From Escherichia coli (lineage in GTDB: Bacteria; Pseudomonadota; Gammaproteobacteria; Enterobacterales; Enterobacteriaceae), in the NCBI RefSeq assembly GCF_011045215.1, contig NZ_CP049201.1: DNA of 64,000 bases. One strand, given 5' to 3'. Shown here piece by piece: positions 10,477 to 20,449 of the stretch (the first letter of the stretch is position 1; the number at the start of each line of letters is the position of its first letter). The notes under the pieces were generated by a model. That model was given only the letters and a program-made list of their open reading frames with translations, was not told the DNA's origin and made no database searches. The position numbers and the translations under genes were made by a program.

Positions 10477-11189
10477 CTCTTATAATTGGCATTATTCATT
10501 CAAGAACAATAGGATCTTCGCTTGTACAAGCGAAGCTATAATAAAAACAATCAATTAATTATTTTAAAAGTATTAAACAAGAACCTATTGACATTCATAA
10601 AATACAAGTTATTTATAATGTATGCCATAAATAAAAAGTTTTATGTCATATGTATCCTGCACTATGTGCAGTTAATGTACCACTTGTCCCATAGATGGGA
10701 ATATTGGAAAGGTTACTTTGTTTTGAAGTAGCCTTTCGTCCTTCAATATTAACGATTACTTATTGCTATTACCAAGTCCAGTCGAATCGAAGAACATCTT
10801 TTATCTGAAACGACTCCTAATACCCGGTTAAAGCCACAATAACTCTCGCATACGTAGACCAAAGAAAAATTATGATATTAAATATGTGATTTTTTTTAGT
10901 GTTAAGTTGAATAATTAAATACTGGAGAGTTTTCTGTGCACTACCAATTGCTGGTTCATCTGTTCTGCCGCTGATGTTTCTGACGAATCTCCCGGTGACA
11001 CAGAACTGTCCCTCTCTACCAGCCTTTATTCGACTCAATGTCCGGCTGCTGATACGCAGTTATCCCTTCGTATCAATGACTGACACTTAAACGTAATGCT
11101 TTGGTTGCTGGCGTATCTGACAGCTTCTTCGGCGTGAAGGTCGTTGTGTAAGTATACTTCTTGGTTTATTTAGGCTATATAAAACATGA

Positions 11190-12086
11190 CTATGACTTGC
11201 TGTTTTCAGTAAGAGTCTTATCATCCAAAGAATTTATTCTAGAAATTCTTTTTAACTCATTAAGATAATCAACCTCGTTTTCTAAGAACCAATGAAGAAC
11301 TTTAGAATTGCCAAGTAATTTATTAATATATGACTGGATTATAACGAATTTCAACATATCTGAACCATACTCGGTTTGAAGCTTTTTCGTTTCTTCCGAA
11401 GTTGTTGCCATTTCTTGTTCCAGACGAAGTATGGTTTTTTTTATATCCTTTTTATAGGGAGTGTTTTTCCCTTTATTTACTATCATCGATGCCGGTGTTG
11501 CATCCAAGATGCTCATTGCAAATTTTTTACTATAATTATCAAAATTAATCATTGTACCGACTGCTTCAATTTGGCGAATTGGCTTCATTTTCCTCAAAAC
11601 GTCAAATGTAGCCTTAGGTATAGGTTTATCAGAAAGTTTCGCAATTACACTTGGATCTATGCCGTTCATCACATTCGCTTTATCTTTTATGGCATCAACA
11701 GATATGCCCAAAGCAGCACTAAGTTTTTCAATTGATACTTTTGCCAGAGACTTAATTATCATTCTATGTTCTTCAACTACATTTATATGATTCACTTGTT
11801 TGTTAGGAGTGAAAGCATCATCTATGCTCGAAAGTATACATGGAGCTTTTTCTATACCTAAGTCTTTTAAAGCCTCAACCCTTAAATGGCCATCAAGTAT
11901 CTTAGTGACATCTTTATCTTTGTCATAGAATACTATTATTGGTTCAATAATACCTAAGCTTTCGATAGAGGTAACTATTTGATGATATTTATGGCTTCGC
12001 TTTACGTTTTCTAATAATTCCTTAGATGGAATTAACTTATTAGTTTCCAGGTAAATAAAATTATCGCCAAAACGTATCTGAATCAT
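11190..12086 (-). CDS. ParB/sulfiredoxin-fold N-terminal domain protein, 298 aa (third gene of recombinase operon)
   Basis: ParB-N-like motifs: SIESLGIIEPIIV...KILDGHLRVEALKDLG; 4-nt overlap with upstream gene. Confidence 0.6.
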   Translation of the reverse strand: MIQIRFGDNFIYLETNKLIPSKELLENVKRSHKYHQIVTSIESLGIIEPIIVFYDKDKDVTKILDGHLRVEALKDLGIEKAPCILSSIDDAFTPNKQVNHINVVEEHRMIIKSLAKVSIEKLSAALGISVDAIKDKANVMNGIDPSVIAKLSDKPIPKATFDVLRKMKPIRQIEAVGTMINFDNYSKKFAMSILDATPASMIVNKGKNTPYKKDIKKTILRLEQEMATTSEETKKLQTEYGSDMLKFVIIQSYINKLLGNSKVLHWFLENEVDYLNELKRISRINSLDDKTLTENSKS

Positions 12087-12979
12087 TTTAATACCTCTTT
12101 GTTTACTGGGGTTAATATCTGAGATGGTAGTTCTGAAAGATTCTCTTGTTCAAGTATATGTTGAAAGCTTTTATTCATCATTATGATGTTAAAAATCTCA
12201 TTTACTATTAGTAGGTTGGTTTTTATGAATTTTGAGTTGTTATAAACAGATTTATGTTCAGCGATACTATTTTCATAAAGCTCAATCAACTCCTCTGCAG
12301 TCATCCTTTTTGATGGTTTGTGATAATAAAATCCGGCTGCTTTTGCACCTTTATTCCCAACTGTTCTTTGATTTAGAATGTGTTTTATCTTTATAATGTC
12401 CCGACTTTTTATTAATTTTTTATCATATGCTTCGGTAAGAATATCTTGTGCTTCCTCAGTTTCACATCTTGCAAATTGCACTGCGAGATACAGAGGCAAA
12501 TTACCCCGTTCGACTGCTGAGAGAAGTTTATGCTCTCCCTTATCAAGTAGCATATTAATACTGCTCACCCAGTTCGATGAATATCCAGTAATCTCACTTA
12601 TTTCGGAGTCTGAAAGTCCTCTGATTTTCATGTCTTTAATCACCTGTAATAACTCATTAGAACGTGGTCTTCTCCTTGCAATGTTTTCAACTAAACTCAT
12701 AACGTAAGCATCTTCTTCTGATACATCTCTTATAATTGCTGGAATAATAGTTTCACCTAATGCAACGAGAGCCTCTATTCTCCCTTGACCACAAATTAAA
12801 GCATATTTGAAATCGCCTTCATCAATAGCTCTTACGCTTATAGGCTTGCTTAATCCTCTTTTTTTTATGCTTTCCTTTATTTCTTCATGCACTAACTTAT
12901 TTCTTGTTCGTGGGTTAAGAAATTTTATTTTTGCAATCTCAATTTGAATTATTGGGAATTCATTTTTTTCAGGCAGCAT
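12083..12979 (-). CDS. ParB-like N-terminal domain protein, 298 aa (second gene of recombinase operon)
   Basis: ParB-N-like layout: IEIAKIKFLNPRTRN...SIKKRGLSKPISVRAIDEG.FKYALICGQGRIEALVALGETIIPAIIRDVSEEDAYVMSLVENIARRR; 11-nt overlap with recombinase gene. Confidence 0.65.
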   Translation of the reverse strand: MLPEKNEFPIIQIEIAKIKFLNPRTRNKLVHEEIKESIKKRGLSKPISVRAIDEGDFKYALICGQGRIEALVALGETIIPAIIRDVSEEDAYVMSLVENIARRRPRSNELLQVIKDMKIRGLSDSEISEITGYSSNWVSSINMLLDKGEHKLLSAVERGNLPLYLAVQFARCETEEAQDILTEAYDKKLIKSRDIIKIKHILNQRTVGNKGAKAAGFYYHKPSKRMTAEELIELYENSIAEHKSVYNNSKFIKTNLLIVNEIFNIIMMNKSFQHILEQENLSELPSQILTPVNKEVLK

Positions 12980-14525
12980 ATAGTTCCCTCACTTTCATGC
13001 GAGTAATAATTTGTAGAAGTTTATCAAGATTATCAAATCTATAGAGATCTAATCGAATGTTGTTTGTTTCCGTCATGCACATTTTATTATATTCGTTTTC
13101 AATCTTTGGTATGATATAAAAATCAAGAGGTGAAATATTTTGTGAATTCATTCGTATAACAATTGTTATGTCTGCTTTCTGTGAGTTATCAAACCGGACT
13201 TTCCATCTAAGTTTACCTGATTTCATATGTATGCATTTAGTAACAAGGACGGAAATTAAAAACTCATCATTGATGTAAAGCATTGGGGCATATTTATACT
13301 CGTCTATATGACAGTTACTTTTTAAAATTTCACCCTTAAAATCCTCAATTATCTCTGAGTGAAATGATCTTAGTGCTTCATTTATTTTGAGATAGCTGTA
13401 ATCATGTTCTGGCTTATAACCAATCAAAGTATATGCTCTTAAAAGACCACCAAATCGGGTTCTATAAACAGAAGATGAAGGGCCTGTATCATCTTCATCA
13501 ATGATAAAGCCTGATAGTTTTCCATTAGATTCTAATTTTTGTTTTAGTTTTTCTAATAGATCTTCATTAGTCAAATGAATGGATCGGAGCTGAATTATTT
13601 CTTGAGCTTTATTGTATTTTTTCTTTGAAATAATAGGTTTATATGCCTTGTCACATCTAACCCATTCATGTTTGGGGTTTTTTACAAGCCTACTTTTTAA
13701 TTTAGATGAGGTTTTGTTATATATGTTGTTTCCAATATATTTTTCATTTGTCAAAATTTGATGTATTTTTGCACGAGTCCATAATGTTCCATTTTCTGCA
13801 GGTATGTTCTGTTCATTTAATCTCTCAGCAATAATGAATTCTGGGACGTTATTATCTATAAAGAGATCATATATTCTATTTACAATTTTTATTTCATTTT
13901 TTGGTCCCGGAATTAATATTACCCTATCTGTTTGAATACTCTTTCTTTTGCGGAAACTCAATATTTCTTTAGCTATGCCATTTTCGTCTACTAAAAGACG
14001 TCTCAGCCCATAACCAGCCATACCGCCTTGATGATAACCAAGCTTTATTAAATTTACTTGCCCTATAAATACCTTTTCAGATAAATTCCTGCTGTGATAT
14101 GCAGCACTAGATCTTTTTATATTCAGTATAACAGAGGACTCTAAAGGGAAATCTTTAGTGGGTATAGGTTCGGAACAATATATAAGATCTACACCATTTC
14201 TCTCAAATAGAAAGGAATAATATGCCGCTTCATCACTATTTTGAAAACGACCAAAACGGCTCACATCATAAAATAATACAGCCTGTATATCTATTTTCTT
14301 TTGTTCTACATCGCTAAGTAACTGCTGCAAAGAATGCCTGCCTACGATACTGACTCCGCTCTTACCTGCATCATCGTAGGTATAAGCGATTTCCATATTG
14401 TTCTTTTCAGCATAATCTTTGATATATTCGGACTGATTATGTAAAGAATATTGCTGATGGTCGGTAGACATCCTCAAGTACTGCGCGACCCTAACTCTAT
14501 GATTTTTGTCATTTTCGCTAGCCAT
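12969..14525 (-). CDS. Large serine recombinase (resolvase/invertase catalytic domain plus long C-terminal extension), 518 aa
   Basis: N-terminal serine-recombinase motifs (YLRMSTDHQ with candidate catalytic Ser, YDDAGKSG, VLFYDVSRFGR); size fits large serine recombinases, not small invertases. Confidence 0.75.
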   Translation of the reverse strand: MASENDKNHRVRVAQYLRMSTDHQQYSLHNQSEYIKDYAEKNNMEIAYTYDDAGKSGVSIVGRHSLQQLLSDVEQKKIDIQAVLFYDVSRFGRFQNSDEAAYYSFLFERNGVDLIYCSEPIPTKDFPLESSVILNIKRSSAAYHSRNLSEKVFIGQVNLIKLGYHQGGMAGYGLRRLLVDENGIAKEILSFRKRKSIQTDRVILIPGPKNEIKIVNRIYDLFIDNNVPEFIIAERLNEQNIPAENGTLWTRAKIHQILTNEKYIGNNIYNKTSSKLKSRLVKNPKHEWVRCDKAYKPIISKKKYNKAQEIIQLRSIHLTNEDLLEKLKQKLESNGKLSGFIIDEDDTGPSSSVYRTRFGGLLRAYTLIGYKPEHDYSYLKINEALRSFHSEIIEDFKGEILKSNCHIDEYKYAPMLYINDEFLISVLVTKCIHMKSGKLRWKVRFDNSQKADITIVIRMNSQNISPLDFYIIPKIENEYNKMCMTETNNIRLDLYRFDNLDKLLQIITRMKVRELYAA

Positions 14526-14696
14526 GCACGAAACCTCATGGGTGATTCAATACAATGTAGAGGATAAAATTGATCAAATTTTAACCGAATTCAACTGTTT
14601 TATCATTGATTAGAGCGAATTTGGTAGATCTTCGAGGTGTATGATAATCGAGAAGAGATGTGAATTATTTAGCTGATATGACCGACAGCTTTCGTT

Positions 14697-14744
14697 ATGT
14701 GGACTCAATGTCCCCATTTGTAAATGGCTATGCTTAGTCCACAT
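14697..14744. promoter_or_regulatory. Nested palindromic site upstream of the serine recombinase gene (candidate recombination site or operator)
   Basis: Perfect 9-bp inverted repeat atgtggact (14697-14705) / agtccacat (14736-14744) around inner palindrome ccatttgtaaatgg; 172 bp upstream of the recombinase start. Confidence 0.5.
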
Positions 14745-14807
14745 AGGTTAATGGTGTGATTATTAATTCTTTAACTAAATCAAGATAGTTAATCCATCAT
14801 GGGAGAG

Positions 14808-16037
14808 TTATGCGGCAATAACTTTGCATTTTTGAGACGAAACATAGTCACTCCACCATTGCATGAGAACCACCCGTTCAGTGAGATACTCTGCACGATT
14901 GTAGGCTGCAATTATTTCATCTTTCTTCGAGTGGGCAAGGGCGGCTTCTAAGACATCAGTCCTAAACTTGCCAGACTCCTCAGCAGCCGTTCTAGCAATG
15001 GATCGCATACCGTGAGCTACAAGCTCACCTCCGAAACCCATACGGATTATGGCCGCATTAGCTGTTTGTTCATGCATGTGATTGAGTGGAGCTTTGATAC
15101 TGGGGAACACCCACTCTCTATGCCCGCTGATGACTTTCATTAAATCCAAAACTCGCAAAGCTTCTTTGCTCAGTGGAACTTTGTGAGGCTTCTTCATTTT
15201 CATAAACTCCGCCGGGATGTTCCACATGCCAGTTTCAATATCAATATCTGACCATCTTGTGCGAACAGCTTCACCTGGGCGAACCCATGTGAGAAGTTGC
15301 CACTCAATCAGTAGCCTTGTTTCCAAACGGATAGAAGCATTGTTTAGAGCAACCAAGAAGCGAGGGAGTTCGGAAGGGGGTAATGCTGGCATATTCTGTT
15401 TTTTTGGCTTGCTGAACCGTTGCCCCAGGTTGTCTGCCGGGTTGAATTCTATGAGTTCTTCTGTTGCTGCATAGCGGAAAATTTCATTCAGGCGGGATAT
15501 GATGCGGCGAAGTGTTTCAAGGACACCTCGTTTTTCTATGGGTTCTAAATGCTGTTTAAGCATTTTAGGGCGAATCTCCTTAATTGGGGTATCACCCAAT
15601 GTGGAAAAGATATTTCTCTCTAGGCTTCGCCAGATGTCGTTAGCATGATCTTGGGAGATGCCTGACGTTTTGACTTTCTCATCAAGCCACTTCTTGGCTA
15701 CTGCTTGAAATGTATGTTCCGTGGCATCTTTCAGTGCATTGGCTTTTTGGTTGTTATGAACTTGGGGGTCTATACCATTTGTAAGCAACGACAAGTATTC
15801 ATCACGTAAAGCTCGTGCCTTCGCAAGTGTAAGGTGAGGATAGGTTCCTAAGCTCACCTTAGTTCGCTTTTTGGTCACAGGCACTGCATATCTGAAATAC
15901 CAATTTTTCTTCCCTCCCTTCGCCAGGGGAGCGATTCGCAACAGCAAACCATCGCCGTCAAAAAGGTTAACCTCTTTTTCGGCAGGTTTGGTGCTTTTGA
16001 TTTCAGTGTCAGTGAGCTTCTTAGCGATTTTGGCCAT
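14808..16037 (-). CDS. int: Site-specific tyrosine integrase (P4-type), next to ssrA
   Basis: ORF 14808..16118; likely start is Met at 16037 (MAKIAKKLTDTEIK...); C-terminal catalytic region with conserved R...H.xR...Y context (HGMRSIARTAAEE...ALAHSKKDEI..AYNRAEY); classic tmRNA-site location. Confidence 0.85.
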   Translation of the reverse strand: MAKIAKKLTDTEIKSTKPAEKEVNLFDGDGLLLRIAPLAKGGKKNWYFRYAVPVTKKRTKVSLGTYPHLTLAKARALRDEYLSLLTNGIDPQVHNNQKANALKDATEHTFQAVAKKWLDEKVKTSGISQDHANDIWRSLERNIFSTLGDTPIKEIRPKMLKQHLEPIEKRGVLETLRRIISRLNEIFRYAATEELIEFNPADNLGQRFSKPKKQNMPALPPSELPRFLVALNNASIRLETRLLIEWQLLTWVRPGEAVRTRWSDIDIETGMWNIPAEFMKMKKPHKVPLSKEALRVLDLMKVISGHREWVFPSIKAPLNHMHEQTANAAIIRMGFGGELVAHGMRSIARTAAEESGKFRTDVLEAALAHSKKDEIIAAYNRAEYLTERVVLMQWWSDYVSSQKCKVIAA

Positions 16038-16203
16038 GTTTGGGACCCTCGATTTTAGGACCCATCTTCGTGGGTCCCATTCAGGGTGCCATAACTCGTA
16101 GTTCTCAGCAATTCTCACTAGACTACAATAGACGTAAAAAAGCCCGCAGAGCTTGTGCTGTGCGGGCTTAGTAGACTTTACTGAACTTCAGTACATCAAT
16201 ATT

Positions 16204-16565
16204 TGGTGGAGCTGGCGGGAGTTGAACCCGCGTCCGAAATTCCTACATCCTCGGTACTACATGCTTAGTCAGTCTTTACATTCGCTTGCCAGCTGCGGAC
16301 GGACACGCCACTAACAAACTAGCCTGATTAAGTTTTAACGCTTCAACCCCAGGCAGGGCTTCCACGCGATCTCTTTTGGGTTTGACCTCTCTTGATCCCC
16401 GTCCTAAGAGCGGAGGCTAGGGAGAGAGGGCTCTAAGCAGGTTATTAAGCTGCTAAAGCGTAGTTTTCGTCGTTTGCGACTATTTTTTGCGGCTTTTTAC
16501 GAGGCCAACCGCCCCTCGGCATGCACCTTGGGTTTCGCAAATCCCGTCGAATCCAGAATCAGCCC
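16204..16565 (-). ncRNA. ssrA: tmRNA (SsrA), transfer-messenger RNA
   Basis: Reverse complement of 16565 downward begins GGGGCTGATTCTGGATTCGACGGG; 3' end ...GCTCCACCA is the reverse complement of 16204-16212; tag ORF ANDENYALAA region recognisable. Confidence 0.95.
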
Positions 16566-16780
16566 CAATGTGTAAAGGTAAGTATACCAGATTTATGAGC
16601 GCCATGACCAGCCTCAATGGCGTTATCGTTAAAGATTTAGCACCCATGTAGCCTGATTTTTATTCGATTAAGCAATGGGATGGCAACATTTGTGTCGGAT
16701 GTGATAGCCAATAAGATGTTCATTCGCGCCGCCGGAGAGGGAGGCGCGGTGAGGAACTGGTCAATAATTGGAGTGCAGGT

Positions 16781-17263
16781 TTAACGGTGGGCGTTTTTCA
16801 TGATACGTGCTTTATCCACCTGCCATTCGCGTTCTTTGATATCTGAACGTTTATCGTGCTGTTTCTTACCTTTGGCGACGCCGATTTTCACTTTGCACCA
16901 GGCATTTTTCCAGTACAGGGAGAGCGCCACTACGGTATAGCCTTCTCGATTGACGCGACCGTACAATGAGTCCAGTTCGCGCTGGTTGAGAAGTAACTTG
17001 CGGGTACGGGTAGGATCGCACACCACATGCGTGGAGGCCACGGCCATTGGCGTGATGTTAGCGCCAAACAGAAATGCCTCTCCGTCACGCAGAAGGACGT
17101 AGCTGTCGCTGATATTGGCTTTTCCTGCGCGCAGGGATTTAACTTCCCAGCCTTGCAGGGCAAGTCCCGCTTCGAACTCTTCTTCGATAAAGTATTCGTG
17201 ACGGGCGCGCTTGTTAAGCGCGATGGTCGCTGAACCAGGTTTATGTGCTTTTTTCTTCGTCAT
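16781..17263 (-). CDS. smpB: SsrA-binding protein SmpB
   Basis: 160-aa ORF matches E. coli SmpB ([48 protein letters not shown]...). Confidence 0.95.
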
Positions 17264-17394
17264 AAGCGTCGTGAATCATCGGTAATCTGAAATCGAAAAC
17301 ACCCCATATCAATCCTGCGGGGGACAAGGCTCTATCTTAGCATGAACCCGATGTTACCCAGCGCCGGGATAGCGTTTTTTTTACAGCAGGATAA

Positions 17395-17871
17395 ATGATA
17401 TTATTTGTTGGATTTTTGTTGATGGAAATTGTTATGCCTCAGATTAGCCGGACCGCACTGGTACCCTACAGCGCGGAGCAAATGTATCAGTTAGTGAATG
17501 ACGTTCAGTCTTATCCTCAGTTTTTGCCGGGTTGTACCGGAAGTCGGATTCTGGAGTCCACTCCTGGGCAGATGACTGCGGCGGTAGATGTCTCTAAGGC
17601 TGGGATCAGCAAAACGTTTACTACCCGCAACCAGTTGACCAGTAACCAAAGTATTCTTATGAATCTGGTGGATGGGCCGTTCAAGAAATTGATTGGTGGA
17701 TGGAAGTTTACGCCGCTGAGCCAGGAGGCGTGTCGTATCGAGTTTCATCTCGACTTTGAGTTTACCAATAAGTTGATTGAGCTCGCCTTTGGTCGCGTGT
17801 TTAAAGAGCTGGCGTCTAATATGGTCCAGGCTTTTACGGTTCGTGCGAAAGAGGTTTACAGTGCCAGGTAA
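17395..17871 (+). CDS. ratA: Ribosome association toxin RatA (SRPBCC family)
   Basis: 158-aa ORF matches E. coli RatA/YfjG; start may be internal ([16 protein letters not shown]...). Confidence 0.85.
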   Translation: MILFVGFLLMEIVMPQISRTALVPYSAEQMYQLVNDVQSYPQFLPGCTGSRILESTPGQMTAAVDVSKAGISKTFTTRNQLTSNQSILMNLVDGPFKKLIGGWKFTPLSQEACRIEFHLDFEFTNKLIELAFGRVFKELASNMVQAFTVRAKEVYSAR

Positions 17872-18151
17872 AATTGCCGTTGAGGTGGCTTATGCGCTAC
17901 CTGAGAAGCAGTACCTGCAGCGCGTGACGCTGCAGGAGGGCGCGACGGTTGAAGAAGCTATTCGCGCCAGTGGCTTGCTGGAATTGCGTACCGATATCGA
18001 TTTAACTAAAAACAAAGTCGGCATTTACAGCCGTCCGACAAAACTAAGCGATAGTGTGCATGATGGCGATCGGGTGGAGATTTATCGCCCTCTCATTGCC
18101 GATCCGAAAGAGCTTCGCAGGCAACGAGCAGAAAAATCAGCGAATAAATAA
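17861..18151 (+). CDS. ratB: RatB / UPF0125 (RnfH-like) protein
   Basis: C-terminal 96 aa of ORF 17777..18151 match YfjF; GTG start at 17861 preceded by GAGG. Confidence 0.8.
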   Translation: MPGKIAVEVAYALPEKQYLQRVTLQEGATVEEAIRASGLLELRTDIDLTKNKVGIYSRPTKLSDSVHDGDRVEIYRPLIADPKELRRQRAEKSANK

Positions 18152-18212
18152 CGGACAGAAAAAAGGTGCTCATTGAGCACCTTTTTTAACGTCTTTGAGA
18201 GCAACTTTATTA

Positions 18213-18554
18213 TTAGTTACCACTCAGCGCAGGTTTGTTATCAATATTGGTCAACACACCGCTACTGTTAAAGGTTAGCGTCAGCGTTTGCTGCGTTACA
18301 CCTTCATGACCTGGTTGCTGGCGGAAGACATAGAACCAGGTATTCGTACCAAATGGATCGGACATCAGCGGTGTACCCAATGCGTACGCAACTTGTTGTT
18401 GCGTCATGCCAACACGTATTTTGGATACGTCGTTAGCGGTCAGATAGTTCCCCTGGTTGATGTCAGGACGGTAAACCACTCGCTCCAGAGTGGAACAGCC
18501 TGCGGTCAACATCAATAGTACTGCTGCTGCAGCAGTCAGCGTTTTACAGCGCAT
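18213..18554 (-). CDS. bamE: Outer membrane protein assembly factor BamE (SmpA)
   Basis: 113-aa lipoprotein, signal peptide with lipobox LTAGC, matches BamE. Confidence 0.9.
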
Positions 18555-18702
18555 AGTGATTTGATTCCTTTTCGGGCCCGAGCAGTACGTGGCTCATCTG
18601 TAATATGCCGATGATAATAGACCTTTCATCACTTTAAAACCTTTTGCTTTCCGGTCTTACGGCGTTTTGCTGTTTACTCTGACCGTGAAGCAGGAAAAAA
18701 GT

Positions 18703-20364
18703 TTACGCCGCAAGCAGTTCTTTCGCATTCGCCAGTGTGTTACGTGTGACTTCACTGCCACCAAGCAGGCGCGCCAGTTCTTGTAACCGCGCTTTTTTAT
18801 CCAGAGATTGCATATGCGTTTCTGTCATCGCACCATCGGTTTCTTTGCTGACAAAATAGTGTTGATGACCACATCCCGCGACTTGTGGCAGGTGGGTAAC
18901 ACACATCACCTGAGTTGATTCGCCGAGTTGACGCAGCAGTTTGCCGACAACTGCCGCTGTTGGACCGCTAATCCCTACATCCACTTCATCAAAAATCAGT
19001 GCCGGGGTTTCCATTTTACGCGCCGTGATGACCTGGATTGCCAGTGCGATGCGGGACAATTCACCACCGGATGCGACTTTGGCAATAGGCTGCATTGGCT
19101 GACCTGGGTTGGTGGTTACCCGAAACTCAATACGATCGGCACCGTCAGCGCCCAGGTGATGCTCGTCAAATTTAACATCGATCGTAAACTGCCCATGCGG
19201 CATTGAGAGCGCATGCATACTGTCGGTGATCAGCTGTGCAAGTTCTTCTGCATATTGCTGGCGTTGTTGGTGTAATGCGCGCGCGGTTTCCAGTGCCTGC
19301 TGATGATGTTTCGTTACCGCCAGCGCGAGCGTTTCTTGTGAGTCGGCCTGATCGTCCAGTTGCTGCTGTTCTTCCAGTAGCGACTGGTAATACTGTGGTA
19401 ATGCCTCAGGGCTGACGTGATGTTTACGTGCCAGCGAAATCTGTTTTGAGATGCGTTGTTCAAGTTCAAACAGCCGGTTGGGATCGAGATCCAAACGATC
19501 GCAGTAGTGGCGCAGTTCGTCGCTGGCTTCAGCAATCTGGATGGTAGCTTCTTCCAGCATATCAAGTACGCCGGACAGTTTGCTGTCCATGTCAATCAAT
19601 TCGCTCACCAGTTGTTTAGCCGTGTAAAGCTGACTTTGCAGGTTTGCGTCTTCACCGTCGGCCATTAATGCCAATGCATTCTGGCTGGTGGTCAGCAATT
19701 GACCGCTGTTCGCCAGACGTTTGTACTCTTCGTCGATTTGCTCAAACTCTCCGGGCTGCGGATTAAATTCGTTAAGTTCTTTTAATTGGTATTGCAGCAG
19801 TTCCGCACGGGCGGCGCGTTCCTGACTTAACTGTTGATGATGCGCGAGGTCACGGCAGCTTTGATGCCACAACTGATAACGTGCGGTCATTTCCTGAAGT
19901 AGAGAGGTTTCATTGGCATAGCCATCAACCTGGAATTTTTGGTGCTCGGGTTTGGTGAGTAACTGATGAGCGTGCTGACCATGGATCTGAATCAGCAACT
20001 GACCCAGTTCGCGCAGTTGTGACAGAGGAACAGCTGTACCGTTGATGAAACCACGGGAGCGACCATCGCTGCTGATCACGCGACGAAGCAAACATTCATG
20101 CCCGTCTTCAAGCTGGTTTTCTTCCAGCCAGCGCAGAGCCGCTGGCGTATCTTTCAGAGAAAAACGGGCGCACAGGTCAGCGCGAGCAGCGCCGGTACGC
20201 ACCATGTCGGCTTCAGCGCGACCACCGAGACAAAGACCGAGGGCATCTATTGCAATAGATTTACCCGCGCCGGTCTCGCCAGTTATTACGGTCATGCCGC
20301 TATGAAAATCAATCTCAAGCTCACGAACGATAGCAAAGTTGCTGATGGTCAGTTGTGCCAACAT
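18703..20364 (-). CDS. recN: DNA repair protein RecN
   Basis: 553 aa, N-terminal Walker [12 protein letters not shown]-like; matches E. coli RecN. Confidence 0.95.
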   Translation of the reverse strand: MLAQLTISNFAIVRELEIDFHSGMTVITGETGAGKSIAIDALGLCLGGRAEADMVRTGAARADLCARFSLKDTPAALRWLEENQLEDGHECLLRRVISSDGRSRGFINGTAVPLSQLRELGQLLIQIHGQHAHQLLTKPEHQKFQVDGYANETSLLQEMTARYQLWHQSCRDLAHHQQLSQERAARAELLQYQLKELNEFNPQPGEFEQIDEEYKRLANSGQLLTTSQNALALMADGEDANLQSQLYTAKQLVSELIDMDSKLSGVLDMLEEATIQIAEASDELRHYCDRLDLDPNRLFELEQRISKQISLARKHHVSPEALPQYYQSLLEEQQQLDDQADSQETLALAVTKHHQQALETARALHQQRQQYAEELAQLITDSMHALSMPHGQFTIDVKFDEHHLGADGADRIEFRVTTNPGQPMQPIAKVASGGELSRIALAIQVITARKMETPALIFDEVDVGISGPTAAVVGKLLRQLGESTQVMCVTHLPQVAGCGHQHYFVSKETDGAMTETHMQSLDKKARLQELARLLGGSEVTRNTLANAKELLAA

Positions 20365-20449
20365 AGTCGTTTTCCTGTATGAAAAACCATTACTGTTATT
20401 GCGTACAGTATAAACTGGTTTTATATACAGTAAAGAGGCTGGCGTAAAA

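Larger units (their letters stand above)
1..16203. mobile_element. Genomic island integrated at the 3' end of ssrA (tmRNA); left boundary lies beyond the window start
   Basis: P4-type integrase gene abuts ssrA 3' end; content is AT-rich and accessory (R-M system, IS elements, ankyrin genes, serine recombinase module), replacing what is a cryptic prophage at this site in K-12. Confidence 0.75.

Noticed and set aside
10522-11038. ORFs 10522..10731 (69 aa) and 10817..11038 (73 aa) in the AT-rich spacer
   Set aside because: Low-complexity translations with no convincing RBS and no recognisable domain; more likely chance frames in noncoding or decayed DNA. The region is still flagged as a finding for its structure.
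6899-14525. Possibility that the serine recombinase is an invertase driving hsdS phase variation (a shufflon)
   Set aside because: Only one hsdS gene is present, with no duplicated or inverted TRD cassettes, and the recombinase is 4.5 kb away and of the large (518 aa) type rather than a small Hin/Gin-like invertase.
17395-18151. ratA-ratB as a novel toxin-antitoxin pair in the island
   Set aside because: These are the conserved core genes ratA/ratB next to smpB, outside the island (beyond ssrA), at their normal chromosomal position.
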